Shown here: positions 10,782 through 19,903 of the stretch, in pieces | How positions within the stretch are numbered: the stretch's first letter is position 1 | How the letters are laid out: the number at the start of each line of letters is the position of its first letter | Assembly: GCA_051382295.1 (NCBI GenBank) | Contig: JBBCAW010000008.1 | Span: forward strand, 140,148 to 204,147 | Direction of reading: 5' to 3' | DNA length: 64,000 nt | Source of the DNA: Bdellovibrionota bacterium FG-1 | GTDB lineage: Bacteria; Bdellovibrionota; UBA1018 | Notes under the pieces: model-generated | The model's database searches: none | What the model saw: only the letters and a program-made list of their open reading frames with translations | Told to the model about the DNA's origin: nothing | Position numbers and translations under genes: made by a program

Positions 10782-12114
10782 GACCCGTCGCCTCCATTAA
10801 AAATCGCGTGATTTCTAATTGCTTTTGCTCAATTGTGGCATCGATTTCATCCAGCTGCGGATACGAATCTTTTTCCATCTCGACCAAGACGAGCTCTCGA
10901 CCGCTATCTGTGCTCGCCAGAGATGAATGAATTTGTCTCACTCTACCCTTCAATTCGAGGACGCGGAGACTGTCCTTCTCGATGAGCGATAGTCTGAATG
11001 AAAGCAGCTCGTCTGGCTGAATTCCAGCGCTCGGGATCTCTAACCAAATCAAGCCATTTTCTCGTTCCAACATCACGGCATCAACCAAAGAAGCCCCATT
11101 TGGACTTTCGACTCGAGTCACGCTGATGGCCAATCGTGTTTGATCAAATGTTTTCTCGCCGGTGAGCCATTCGTGAGGCTGGGCTGGATGGACAGGATCC
11201 TTGGCAAAACTACTCCGAATAGCCTGAAGCTTCCGCTCAGCGCTCTTTGAATTTTCCGCCAAATCGAGGATGTCATCTTGTCTTGAACGAAATCGAAAGG
11301 AGGCGCTCTCGCCTGGCGCCTTATAAAACAAGGCGGGACTAGGACTCACAAAACGCCAACATTCATTTTTCCAAATAAACTCGGGTTTTCGGCCCACAAA
11401 AAACCAAGTCCCCCGCCCCGGCAGAAAAGGATCTTGCCCCGCCGGAAACTTCGAAACCCACTCAAAGACCGAACGTCCTTTTTGCGACTGAGAAGGCACC
11501 TCAACCCAACTTCCAACGGAAGGACCAGGCCCGAGCATCTCGCAAAGCCAGACCCCACGGACACATTTAAAGTCGCTGGCGTCAGTGGCCAGCCAAAAAT
11601 CCTGCTCGAGTTCAAGCGCTGAGGACATTTGAACTTGAGTTTTTGACCGGCCCCCTTTTGTAGGAGGAATAGAAATTTGGGCAGGAGGAGGAGAAGCAAT
11701 TTGCTGAAGATGCTGCTGAACCTTTAAAATCAAAGTTTTTTGCGGCAACCCCTCTTGAATGACTTCAGAAATGCCCAGTTTCGAAAGCACGGAATCGAGG
11801 TTGAAGGAAGAGTCTGCCTTGAGCAAGGAATAAACTACAATGCGAAGACTACCTTGATCGATATCCTTTTTGAAAAGCGGAATCACACTCATCAAAGAAC
11901 TGAGTTCAGCCTTATGGCTTAATAGAACAACCATCAGTCCCTGATTCATTCCGCGGGTTTTGTCTTGGATCTGGTTGACGAACAGGCATTGCCGCGCAAA
12001 AATATTCTTGATTTGTTGAACATTGGCAAAAAGTGCGTCGTATCCTACCGATCGAGTCGGTGTTCCGAAAAACCAAACCATGACCTTGCCTGAGGGCGAA
12101 TCCGCGTTCTCCAT
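10774..12114 (-). CDS. hypothetical signalling-associated protein (degenerate receiver-like N-terminus, possible PilZ-like C-terminal barrel)
   Basis: 446-aa ORF overlapping the start of the REC-TPR gene; the domain guesses are weak. Confidence 0.5.
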   Translation of the reverse strand: MENADSPSGKVMVWFFGTPTRSVGYDALFANVQQIKNIFARQCLFVNQIQDKTRGMNQGLMVVLLSHKAELSSLMSVIPLFKKDIDQGSLRIVVYSLLKADSSFNLDSVLSKLGISEVIQEGLPQKTLILKVQQHLQQIASPPPAQISIPPTKGGRSKTQVQMSSALELEQDFWLATDASDFKCVRGVWLCEMLGPGPSVGSWVEVPSQSQKGRSVFEWVSKFPAGQDPFLPGRGTWFFVGRKPEFIWKNECWRFVSPSPALFYKAPGESASFRFRSRQDDILDLAENSKSAERKLQAIRSSFAKDPVHPAQPHEWLTGEKTFDQTRLAISVTRVESPNGASLVDAVMLERENGLIWLEIPSAGIQPDELLSFRLSLIEKDSLRVLELKGRVRQIHSSLASTDSGRELVLVEMEKDSYPQLDEIDATIEQKQLEITRFLMEATGHG

Positions 12115-12214
12115 CCCTCTATATTACAAGACCAATTCAAACGGCCAAGAGGCAGATTTTGCCTTGTGCCGCACCCCCTCGGAAAGTTACACAAAAGAGA
12201 ACCAGGAGATACCC

Positions 12215-12997
12215 ATGCCCAATACACTTTCGTCTTCCCCACTTGAAGGAAAAAAAGCTCTTATTTTGGGAGTTGCCAATGAAAGAAGCCTGGCTTGGGC
12301 TATCGCCCGACACCTCCATCAAGGGGGAGCGAAGCTCGCATTCAATTTTCTAGGAGAAGCTCTGGAGCGCCGGGTTCGCCCCCTGGCCGAAAGCGTGGGG
12401 GCCGATCTCATTGAGCCGTGCAATGTAGCTGACGATGGGGAGCTAGACGCCTTATTTGGCAAAATCCAAAAAAAATGGGGTTCGCTCGATATCTTGATCC
12501 ACTCAGTGGCTTTTGCCAACCGTGAGGACCTGGATGGGCGTTTTGTCCAAACCTCTCGCGAAGGCTTCCGAGTCGCGCTGGATATTAGCGCCTATAGCCT
12601 GATTGCAGCAGCTCGCCGTGCCGAACCCCTGATGGAGGGAGGCGGAACGATTCTTACCCTGTCTTACTATGGCTCGCAAAAAGTGGTCCCCAATTACAAT
12701 ATCATGGGCGTGGCCAAAGCTGCCCTAGAAGCCAGTGTTCGATACCTAGCGTGGGATTTAGGCAGTAAAAAAATCCGGGTGAATTCGGTTTCTGCGGGGC
12801 CAGTCAAGACCCTTGCCGCTGCTGGGGTGCGAGACTTTCGAACCCTTCTCGCCTCGGCTGAGCAAAAGACCCCGCTCAAGGAAAATATTTCGGCGGACGA
12901 TGTTGGGGCGTTAGCAGCGTTTTTATGCGGACCGGGCGGAAAACACATCACCGGCAGTAATTTAATGGTCGATAGTGGCGCCCATATCATGGCGTAA
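12215..12997 (+). CDS. fabI: enoyl-ACP reductase FabI
   Basis: LILGVANERSLAWAIA, YNIMGVAKAALE, VNSVSAGPVKTLAA. Start placed at ATG 12215 after AGGAG. Confidence 0.95.
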   Translation: MPNTLSSSPLEGKKALILGVANERSLAWAIARHLHQGGAKLAFNFLGEALERRVRPLAESVGADLIEPCNVADDGELDALFGKIQKKWGSLDILIHSVAFANREDLDGRFVQTSREGFRVALDISAYSLIAAARRAEPLMEGGGTILTLSYYGSQKVVPNYNIMGVAKAALEASVRYLAWDLGSKKIRVNSVSAGPVKTLAAAGVRDFRTLLASAEQKTPLKENISADDVGALAAFLCGPGGKHITGSNLMVDSGAHIMA

Positions 12998-13009
12998 TGA
13001 GGGCCAATC

Positions 13010-13993
13010 ATGACGTCGAACCCTCAAACGATTCCCCAAACTGAGCTTCATCGTCATCTGGATGTATCCATCCGCTCCAGTACGCTTCTGCGTTTGGCAC
13101 AGGCCCGCGGACTTGAAGGACAAAGCACCAGTCTTGAACAATTTCGAAAAAAGATCCTGATTACGCAGCCCATGCGGGATCTCAATACGGTTTTGGCTCA
13201 ATTTTCCCTGTTTTCCAAGGTTCTGGATCGACCCGAAGTTCTCGAACAGGTGGCCTTCGAGTGCGTCGAAGATTGCTTTCGTGAAGGTACCCGCCAGGTG
13301 GAACTTCGATTTTCACCGACTTTTGTGACCGAATTCTCAAAACTTCCTTGGCCTGAGGTTCTGGATAGCTTTGAGCGTGGCCTAGAGCTGGGCATGAAAA
13401 AATACCCGGAAATTCGGGCGGGCCTCATTTGCATTGCATCGCGTGAATTCGGAATAGATGAGGTTGCTAAGACTGTTGAATTTTTCCTCGACCATTCCTC
13501 GCGTTTTATTGGGCTAGATATGGCCGGCAACGAGGCTGATTTCCCTTGCCGTCTTTTTGAGTCCATTTTCAAGAAACCACGGGCTAAACACGCCAATATT
13601 ACCATTCATGCCGGCGAGGCCTCAGGGCCAGACAATATGTGGGCCGCGATTGAACTCCTGGGCGCACGTCGGATCGGCCATGGGTTGGCCTGTATTCAAG
13701 ACCCTCAATTGATCGAATATCTTCGTAAGCATCGGATTTATCTAGAAATGTGTCCCACCAGCAACTGGTTGACCCAGGCGTCTCCAGACCTGAAACGCCA
13801 TCCGCTACCCACCCTCCTTCGAGCGGGGGTTGCGGTGAGTATCAACACCGACGATCCTGGAATTTTTGATGTTACGCTTCCCGGTGAAATCAATGTATGC
13901 AAAAATCACATGGACATGACTTCCTCAGAAATTGCCCAATGTCTGCGTCACGCGGCCGAAGCCAGTTTTTTTGATTGCGGTTCTTACAACTAG
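13010..13993 (+). CDS. add: adenosine deaminase (paralog 1)
   Basis: ELHRHLD, HAGEASG, RIGHG, MCPTSN, INTDDP. Confidence 0.9.
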   Translation: MTSNPQTIPQTELHRHLDVSIRSSTLLRLAQARGLEGQSTSLEQFRKKILITQPMRDLNTVLAQFSLFSKVLDRPEVLEQVAFECVEDCFREGTRQVELRFSPTFVTEFSKLPWPEVLDSFERGLELGMKKYPEIRAGLICIASREFGIDEVAKTVEFFLDHSSRFIGLDMAGNEADFPCRLFESIFKKPRAKHANITIHAGEASGPDNMWAAIELLGARRIGHGLACIQDPQLIEYLRKHRIYLEMCPTSNWLTQASPDLKRHPLPTLLRAGVAVSINTDDPGIFDVTLPGEINVCKNHMDMTSSEIAQCLRHAAEASFFDCGSYN

Positions 13994-14071
13994 CGAGCTA
14001 TAAGTCGCCTAACAGTTTGTCATTCACGGGCACCCCACTTCCCCCCCACACACAGAAGCGGTACCCGTGGT

Positions 14072-14114
14072 ATAAAGGACTCTGAGGCACGCCCTCAGGG
14101 TCCTTTATTTTTTT
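14072..14114. terminator. intrinsic terminator between convergent add and GGDEF genes
   Basis: ATAAAGGACTCTGAGG-cacgc-CCTCAGGGTCCTTTAT followed by a T run on the + strand. Confidence 0.8.
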
Positions 14115-14721
14115 ACGCTGCCGCACTCACACGGTTTCGGCCGCCTTGTTTAGCATCATACAAGGCTTCATCGGCCTTCTTGAGTTGAACGCTGGCATCG
14201 TAACCGGCCACTAGAACCGAAGACATCCCCACGCTGAGGGTGCATTGAATCGGAGCATCGGATTTCTCCGCCGTTCGCCGAATACTTTCAGCCACGCCCA
14301 AGATCTCAGCGTCGGATCCCCTGAGAGCGACAGCGAACTCCTCGCCGCCCAAACGGCTCACCACACAATCTGGGGATTCAAACTGCTTGAGAAGACCGGC
14401 CACCCTTTTGATGACCTCGTCGCCCGCATCATGCCCATGGGTATCGTTTACTTTTTTGAAATGATCGATGTCGATCATCAAGACGCCACAAGACTCGTTG
14501 AGGCTTTGACATTTTTGAAGGAGCGCCTGCCAGGTCTGGAAAAAAGCTCTGCGCCGTAAGAGACCTGTTAAATCATCAGTGTTTGCGACTCCCTCAACTT
14601 TTTTGAGAACCGAGAGCACGGACTCGTAACTCGCCCCGAGGGCGGTGACTTCACCGTGGAGATGTGAGAGAAGGTGTCGAATTTCCTCAAGGCTGATTTC
14701 AATCGTATGCTCTCGGTTCAT
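14113..14721 (-). CDS. small diguanylate cyclase (short coiled-coil plus GGEEF domain)
   Basis: DDLTGL, DIDHFKKVNDTHGHDAGD (canonical Asp), RLGGEEF; no RxxD inhibitory site. Confidence 0.92.
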   Translation of the reverse strand: MNREHTIEISLEEIRHLLSHLHGEVTALGASYESVLSVLKKVEGVANTDDLTGLLRRRAFFQTWQALLQKCQSLNESCGVLMIDIDHFKKVNDTHGHDAGDEVIKRVAGLLKQFESPDCVVSRLGGEEFAVALRGSDAEILGVAESIRRTAEKSDAPIQCTLSVGMSSVLVAGYDASVQLKKADEALYDAKQGGRNRVSAAA

Positions 14722-14750
14722 AAGGGCCTCCTTTTACGCCCTCAAGAAAA

Positions 14751-14767
14751 AGCACGACCGATGCCAA
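14751..14767 (-). promoter_or_regulatory. sigma54 (-24/-12) promoter for the GGDEF gene
   Basis: Minus strand reads TTGGCATCGGTCGTGCT (GG-N10-GC), 30 bp before the ATG. An IHF-like ATTCAACCACTTA lies at 14783-14795. Confidence 0.65.
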
Positions 14768-14862
14768 CGCATGAATGAACGAATTCAACCACTTACAAAA
14801 TACCGTGTCACCCACTGCCCGAGGTCACCCACGACACAGGGGGTCCCACGGACGGCTACGAC

Positions 14863-16344
14863 TTAAGCAACCTTGCGGTATTCCTCAGAGCGTAAATGAT
14901 GCCGCCGTAGCAGACGCAAGAAATTACTCCGGTCCAGCTTGGCCTCGCGAGCTGCAGCCGAAACGTTGCCCCCATTCCGATTAAGCACCGCTGCGAGGTA
15001 TTCCCGCTCAAACGAATCGGACCATTTTTTCTTCAACTCCGTATAGCTTTCCACCCCAGCTGCACCCGGCGTCTGATAAGGGGAGGTCACCGATTCCAAT
15101 CGAGGCCCAATTGAAATGCCGGCAGGCTGCGCGGGAAGAGACAGTGCTTTAGCTGAAAGTGTTCCGTTACCCGTCCAAATCAGCGCCACTCGCTCCACGA
15201 CATTGAGAAGTTCTCGGACATTCCCGGGCCAGGAATAGGCTCGCAAAGCGGTCTCGGCGTCCGGAGAAAATCCTGAAAAAGTTTTACCCCGGGCTTGAAA
15301 AGCCCGCTCCGCAAATTGCATAGCCATTAACACAATATCTTCCGATCGTTCTCGAAGGCTAGGCACCTCAATCACCACTCGACTGAGCCGATGATAAAGG
15401 TCATCTCTAAAGCCTCCTGCCTGAACTCTTTCGCTTAAGTCACGATTGGTCGCAGCCACCACTCGTACCTCGGTTTCCAAATCGACCGTTCCACCGACTC
15501 GTCGGAATGTCTTTTCTTGCAGTACGCGCAAAAGCTTGGCCTGAAGTTTGACATCCATCTCCCCAATTTCGTCCAAAAGCAGCGTTCCCGATTTAGCAAT
15601 TTCAAAAAGCCCGCGCTTCATCACGTTAGCGCCCGTAAAAGCCCCGCGCTCGTGCCCAAAGAGTTCGCTCTCCAGCAATTGTTCACTAAAATTAGCGCAG
15701 TTCACCGCGACCCAAGGACCCTTGCCACGACGAGATCCCGCGTGGACCATGCGAGCGATCCCTTCCTTGCCGGTGCCGCTTTCGCCCAAAATCAAAACTG
15801 TAGGTTCTTCCGCATCGCCTCGCATCGCCTCGCGCCTGAGTACCGTCATCCACTCATTCACCTTAGCCATGGATTGCGCCTTTGAGACGAACCAATACTT
15901 GTCCTCGGCCTTTCCCTCCACCCGTTCCACACGAGCCTCCAGGCGACCGACCAAGTCCGCATTTTCGCGCTCTAATTGATACTCGCGAAGACCCCGCTTG
16001 ACGGCATGACTAAACTCATCCAGGTCAAAGGGTTTTTCTAAATAATCAGAAGCCCCGGACCGGAGAGCCTGCACCGCCACGTCTTTTTCACCATGACCGG
16101 TGATCACGATCACCCGCAGTAGTGGATATTTTTCTTTTGCCCACGCCATCAGGCCAAATCCATCTTTTCCCGGCATTTTAAGATCGGTGACCAATACGCC
16201 CACCTCGCCACCTGACGAAAATTTTGACTCAGCTTCGTCAGCGCCACCGGCTACGACCACATCATAACCTTCGCGCTCAAGCCGTCCCTTGAGTAATTTA
16301 CGAATTGTATCTTCATCATCGACCACCATTACACGTGCTTTCAT
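14863..16344 (-). CDS. sigma54-dependent response regulator (NtrC family: REC-AAA-HTH)
   Basis: VVDDE, DLKMP, GESGTGKE, ESELFGHERGAFTGA, WPGNVREL, C-terminal Fis-type HTH. Confidence 0.95.
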   Translation of the reverse strand: MKARVMVVDDEDTIRKLLKGRLEREGYDVVVAGGADEAESKFSSGGEVGVLVTDLKMPGKDGFGLMAWAKEKYPLLRVIVITGHGEKDVAVQALRSGASDYLEKPFDLDEFSHAVKRGLREYQLERENADLVGRLEARVERVEGKAEDKYWFVSKAQSMAKVNEWMTVLRREAMRGDAEEPTVLILGESGTGKEGIARMVHAGSRRGKGPWVAVNCANFSEQLLESELFGHERGAFTGANVMKRGLFEIAKSGTLLLDEIGEMDVKLQAKLLRVLQEKTFRRVGGTVDLETEVRVVAATNRDLSERVQAGGFRDDLYHRLSRVVIEVPSLRERSEDIVLMAMQFAERAFQARGKTFSGFSPDAETALRAYSWPGNVRELLNVVERVALIWTGNGTLSAKALSLPAQPAGISIGPRLESVTSPYQTPGAAGVESYTELKKKWSDSFEREYLAAVLNRNGGNVSAAAREAKLDRSNFLRLLRRHHLRSEEYRKVA

Positions 16345-16364
16345 GCTCTATTTCTCCATCCGGT

Positions 16365-17525
16365 TTAAACGAGTTCTCTAAAATCCAACGGAATACGAAT
16401 CAAAAATGCGGCCCCTTTTCCCACTTCACTCTCCACCACCACCGAAGCCTGAAGTTTGGAAAGAATTCCATAGCTCAAGCTCAGCCCCAGCCCCATTCCT
16501 TTGCCCACCTCTTTGGTCGTGAAGAAGGGATTAAACACTTTGCTCTTCGTGCGCTCGGACATCCCAACGCCGTCATCCTTGAATGCCACTTCTACAAATT
16601 TTTCAGTGAATCGCGTTCGAATGGACACGGATCCGCGCCCTCTGCCGGTCGCATCGATTGCGTCACGGGCATTAGTCGCCAGATTGATGAACACCTGCTC
16701 AAGCTGAAGGGGATTGGCGTAGACTGGAGGAATATTCGCCTGAAAATCACGCACCACTTCAATGCCCCGGACAGTAAATTGTCGGGCCAGCATTTTGAGG
16801 GCCTCATCAATTGCCTGATGAACGTCCGTGAGTTCATAATTTTCGTTCGATTTACGAATAAAGGCCCGCATATGTTCGATAATTTGGGCCATTTTATCCA
16901 CACCCGAAATAATCTCCCGAAGCGCTTCGTCCTGCTGACCTGCGCCTCCCTGAAGTTCTTGTGCGTAACCGCGAATGGCCTGAAGCGGTTGGTTGAGTTC
17001 ATGGGCGATACCCGCCGCTAGCTCACCCAGCGCCGCCATCTTTCCAGATTGAACGAGCGTTTCTTGCAACGCTTGCAGCTCGGCATTTTTACGCTCCAGT
17101 TGAAGGTAGGCATTGCGCAGCTCCGTATGCTTTGTGATGAGCTCGCGTTCCATGCGTTTTTTTTCGGTCACATCCCTGAACAACGCCAGCGCCAGCGGCG
17201 CGGCCCCGTTGGGCACCAAACGAACGCTCAAATCGACAAATCTCACATAACCATCTTTTCGAATGACTGCGACGTCCTCATACGTCCCCGGCGTCTGCAA
17301 CAACACCTGGGTCAACGGACGGCCATGCAGCTGCCCCCCTAACTTCTCCGCGGCAGGGGTTAAGATCGAGATATCTGCCCCCACCAGCTCCGCCTTGAGG
17401 TAACCCGTCATTTCTTCCACGGCCTGATTAACGGCGTCCATCCGCCCGTTTTCAAAAACGGTGATGATCGCATCTGAGGCGTGATCAAATAAAGTTTCAT
17501 AGGAAAGTTGCCTAGCGGTAGACAT
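16365..17525 (-). CDS. cytoplasmic PAS histidine kinase (NtrB-like)
   Basis: PAS ending FRDVTE, H-box AHELNQP, NLATNARDA, DDGVG, FFTTKEVGKGMGLGL. Confidence 0.93.
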   Translation of the reverse strand: MSTARQLSYETLFDHASDAIITVFENGRMDAVNQAVEEMTGYLKAELVGADISILTPAAEKLGGQLHGRPLTQVLLQTPGTYEDVAVIRKDGYVRFVDLSVRLVPNGAAPLALALFRDVTEKKRMERELITKHTELRNAYLQLERKNAELQALQETLVQSGKMAALGELAAGIAHELNQPLQAIRGYAQELQGGAGQQDEALREIISGVDKMAQIIEHMRAFIRKSNENYELTDVHQAIDEALKMLARQFTVRGIEVVRDFQANIPPVYANPLQLEQVFINLATNARDAIDATGRGRGSVSIRTRFTEKFVEVAFKDDGVGMSERTKSKVFNPFFTTKEVGKGMGLGLSLSYGILSKLQASVVVESEVGKGAAFLIRIPLDFRELV

Positions 17526-18432
17526 TCAGGAATGCACCCGCCCTTTCCATTCCGGCCATCAACTCTTGCTCGATTTGCGGAATGACCTCAGCACTCAATC
17601 GGATATTATGCAAAAGATCAGGGGTGATCTGGCCCCCCGAACAATCTCCCGAATGTCCGATATTATTTTTAAGACAAATTTGATTAGCAAGCCTCACCAC
17701 GTGCACAAACGGCTTAGCCGACGACAGAATACTATCCATTTTACTGACGTCAAAATGATGATAGCGAATCGCCAGTCGGATCGTCTGAGGGAGCCCCCAC
17801 TTGGCGGCGAGGAGTTCCCCCATGAGAGAATGCCCGGGCAGATCCATTTTCCTTTCAACCTCTAAATAAGACTTCTGGCTGCTCCGGGCCTTGCTCACGA
17901 CTTCAATCAGACGATGGCGATCTACCTGATAAAGCGCGAGTTTTCCGACGTCATGGAGCAGCCCACAGGTAAAGGCCTCTTCGGGCTTTTTGAAAGAGAG
18001 CTTTTTAGCCAGAATCTCGCTACAAACCGCGGTACCGAGCGCATGCCTCCAAAACTCGACAATCGAAAATACTTCGGTTTCTTCTGAAGAAAATACCGAA
18101 AAAACAGAAAGCCCCAGAACCAATTGCGCGAGCGTATTGAATCCCAAAAAGGCCAGTGCCCGTTGCACATCGGCGACGCCGCCCGGAATGGCATAATAAG
18201 CGGAGTTCACCAGCCGCAAGACCTTGGCTGTCAGGACCTGATCGTTTCTCATGACCTCGGCAATGTCGGCACCTGAAGATGCGGGGTTGTCGATCAACTC
18301 ATTGACCTTTATCGCCACGGTAGGCAACGTTGGAATGTCACTCAACTTGGCGAGAAGTTCAGAGTATTCAGAATCAGTTTTTTTCTTTGGCGCACGTTGC
18401 CCCATGATTGTCTTTTCGGACACATGAGTCAT
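17512..18432 (-). CDS. HDOD domain protein
   Basis: IPTLP, DQVLTAKVLRLVNSAYY, FWRHAL, GLLHDVGK, AIRYHH. The start codon is uncertain. Confidence 0.9.
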   Translation of the reverse strand: MTHVSEKTIMGQRAPKKKTDSEYSELLAKLSDIPTLPTVAIKVNELIDNPASSGADIAEVMRNDQVLTAKVLRLVNSAYYAIPGGVADVQRALAFLGFNTLAQLVLGLSVFSVFSSEETEVFSIVEFWRHALGTAVCSEILAKKLSFKKPEEAFTCGLLHDVGKLALYQVDRHRLIEVVSKARSSQKSYLEVERKMDLPGHSLMGELLAAKWGLPQTIRLAIRYHHFDVSKMDSILSSAKPFVHVVRLANQICLKNNIGHSGDCSGGQITPDLLHNIRLSAEVIPQIEQELMAGMERAGAFLNVYR

Positions 18433-18571
18433 TTCCTTTACTTTCTTTACAGTTTTATTATCAGGTATTTTTAGTGAGTCATAACGGGTGGTTAATAAGG
18501 TAGAAACCGGGGCATGTTTTGTGCTTTCATTACAGACAACAAACCTCGTAAAAAAACCGGAGACAAGATCC

Positions 18572-18904
18572 ATGAAAAAAATTCACCTTTTATTATGCGC
18601 CCTTTCGATAGTGGGAACTTCGGCGCTCGCCGCGGACAAAACGGCTCAAGCACCGGCCACTGCCAAACGGCCAGAACCCACCGCCGAACAACGGCAGAAG
18701 ATGGCCACCCTTCATGAGAAAATGGCCGCCTGTCTCAGGACCGATCGAAAATTGTCGGACTGTCGTCAAGAAATGATGAAAAGCTGCAAAGAACAAATGG
18801 GTAAGGACGGGTGCCCGATGATGGGAAGAGATGGAATGCATCATCATGGAATGGGTATGGGCCACGATAAGATGACTCCGCCACCTGAAGCGGCGAAGAA
18901 GTAA
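18572..18904 (+). CDS. small secreted Cys/Met/His-rich protein
   Basis: Signal peptide MKKIHLLL...ALA after GGAG; four Cys in the mature part; tail CPMMGRDGMHHHGMGMGH. Confidence 0.75.
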   Translation: MKKIHLLLCALSIVGTSALAADKTAQAPATAKRPEPTAEQRQKMATLHEKMAACLRTDRKLSDCRQEMMKSCKEQMGKDGCPMMGRDGMHHHGMGMGHDKMTPPPEAAKK

Positions 18905-18907
18905 GGG

Positions 18908-19198
18908 CTAGGCCGCAGGCTCGACTTCAACCCGGTACTTTAACCCAGCAGAACGCAAACTTTCCTCTATTGAAAGCCGCACTAAGAGCGCTGGAGGAAC
19001 TCCAACCGTTAGAGCGATTTGTTCTGCTTTTTCGGGGCTCACGCCTTTTCGCCCTTTTTCGATATCACAAAGATTTGCGACCGAAAGACCGACAAGTTTG
19101 CCAAAATATTTGAGGGTCATTTCCTCAGACACCTGCCAAGTATGCAAAAATTCGCCTACCGTAAGCGCGCCATAATATTTATCCAAATCCTTAAACAA
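18908..19198 (-). CDS. XRE-family HTH regulator/antitoxin, probably missing its native N-terminus
   Basis: LTVGEFL...GLSVANLCDIEKGRKGVSPEKA. The only nearby start is TTG at 19198, preceded by GAGGGA. Confidence 0.7.
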   Translation of the reverse strand: MFKDLDKYYGALTVGEFLHTWQVSEEMTLKYFGKLVGLSVANLCDIEKGRKGVSPEKAEQIALTVGVPPALLVRLSIEESLRSAGLKYRVEVEPAA

Positions 19199-19822
19199 GT
19201 CGAGTCCCTCAGTCAGCGTGAGTGTGAGGTTAAGCTTCACGATATTTCGCCGGAAATTCTCCCTCAAGAACGGGAACGTATCGTGTCTGCCAAGAAGGAT
19301 CACGCACTAAAACTCGTGATCTCGGACGAGGTCTTCGAAAATTTGCAGCGAATCAAGTCCCTCCTCGCGCACACAAAGCCCAACGCCAGTTATGCTGAAC
19401 TCATCGAGTACCTGGTCAATGAAACCCTGTTCCGTCTTGAAAAGAAGAAGGGCATTATGCCTGCGGTGAATTCTACCGCCGCTGTGGCGGTGACCGAGAA
19501 AACCACTCTACTTCCCACAGATCCCTTGCCTGAGGGCCAGCGTGTTTATCTACCTGTAGCGCTCAGGCGTCAGGTTTTCGCTCGATCGGAGGGCCGGTGC
19601 GAGTACACCCACGATGGCAGGCGATGTACCTCGCGTTATGCCCTTGAATTAGACCATGTCACACCGCTGGCGCTTGGGGGATCTAACGAGCCCTCGAATT
19701 TAAGGGTGCTCTGCAAATCCCACAATTTACAACAGGCGGCGGCAAATCAGGTCTTTGATTCATACAAAATCAAGAGAGGTCGGTTCCACGATGGAGGGCT
19801 CTTGGACGAGCGCTCACATTGA
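19187..19822 (+). pseudogene. 5'-truncated HNH endonuclease
   Basis: RCEY...RCTSRYALELDHVTPLALGGSNEPSNLRVLCKSHN. Upstream of ILKQVESLSQRECE the frame is simply the antisense of the HTH gene. Confidence 0.75.
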
Positions 19823-19827
19823 GAAAC

Positions 19828-19866
19828 AAAAACCCCGGACTCTCGGCGTTTTGAGAAATCCAGGGC
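19828..19866 (-). terminator. intrinsic terminator downstream of the 19904-20959 gene
   Basis: Minus strand CCCTGGATTTCTC-loop-GAGAGTCCGGGG followed by TTTTT. Confidence 0.6.
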
Positions 19867-19903
19867 CAAAAATTGCTGAATTCAAGCGATCATCCAATAA
19901 TTT

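Noticed and set aside
12023..12214. N-terminal extension of FabI in the ORF track
   Set aside because: Overlaps the divergent gene; the ATG at 12215 has a good RBS and gives the normal FabI length.
14113..14721. second Hypr-type cyclase
   Set aside because: Keeps the canonical Asp (GHDAGD), so c-di-GMP is the expected product.
16305..17021. 238-aa plus-strand ORF and similar 60-200-aa ORFs opposite core genes
   Set aside because: Antisense or out-of-frame shadows of well-supported genes, with no motifs.
19019..19186. N-terminal part of the 267-aa HNH ORF, implying a true antisense gene overlap
   Set aside because: This part is only the reverse complement of the HTH gene and is better explained as a truncation junction.
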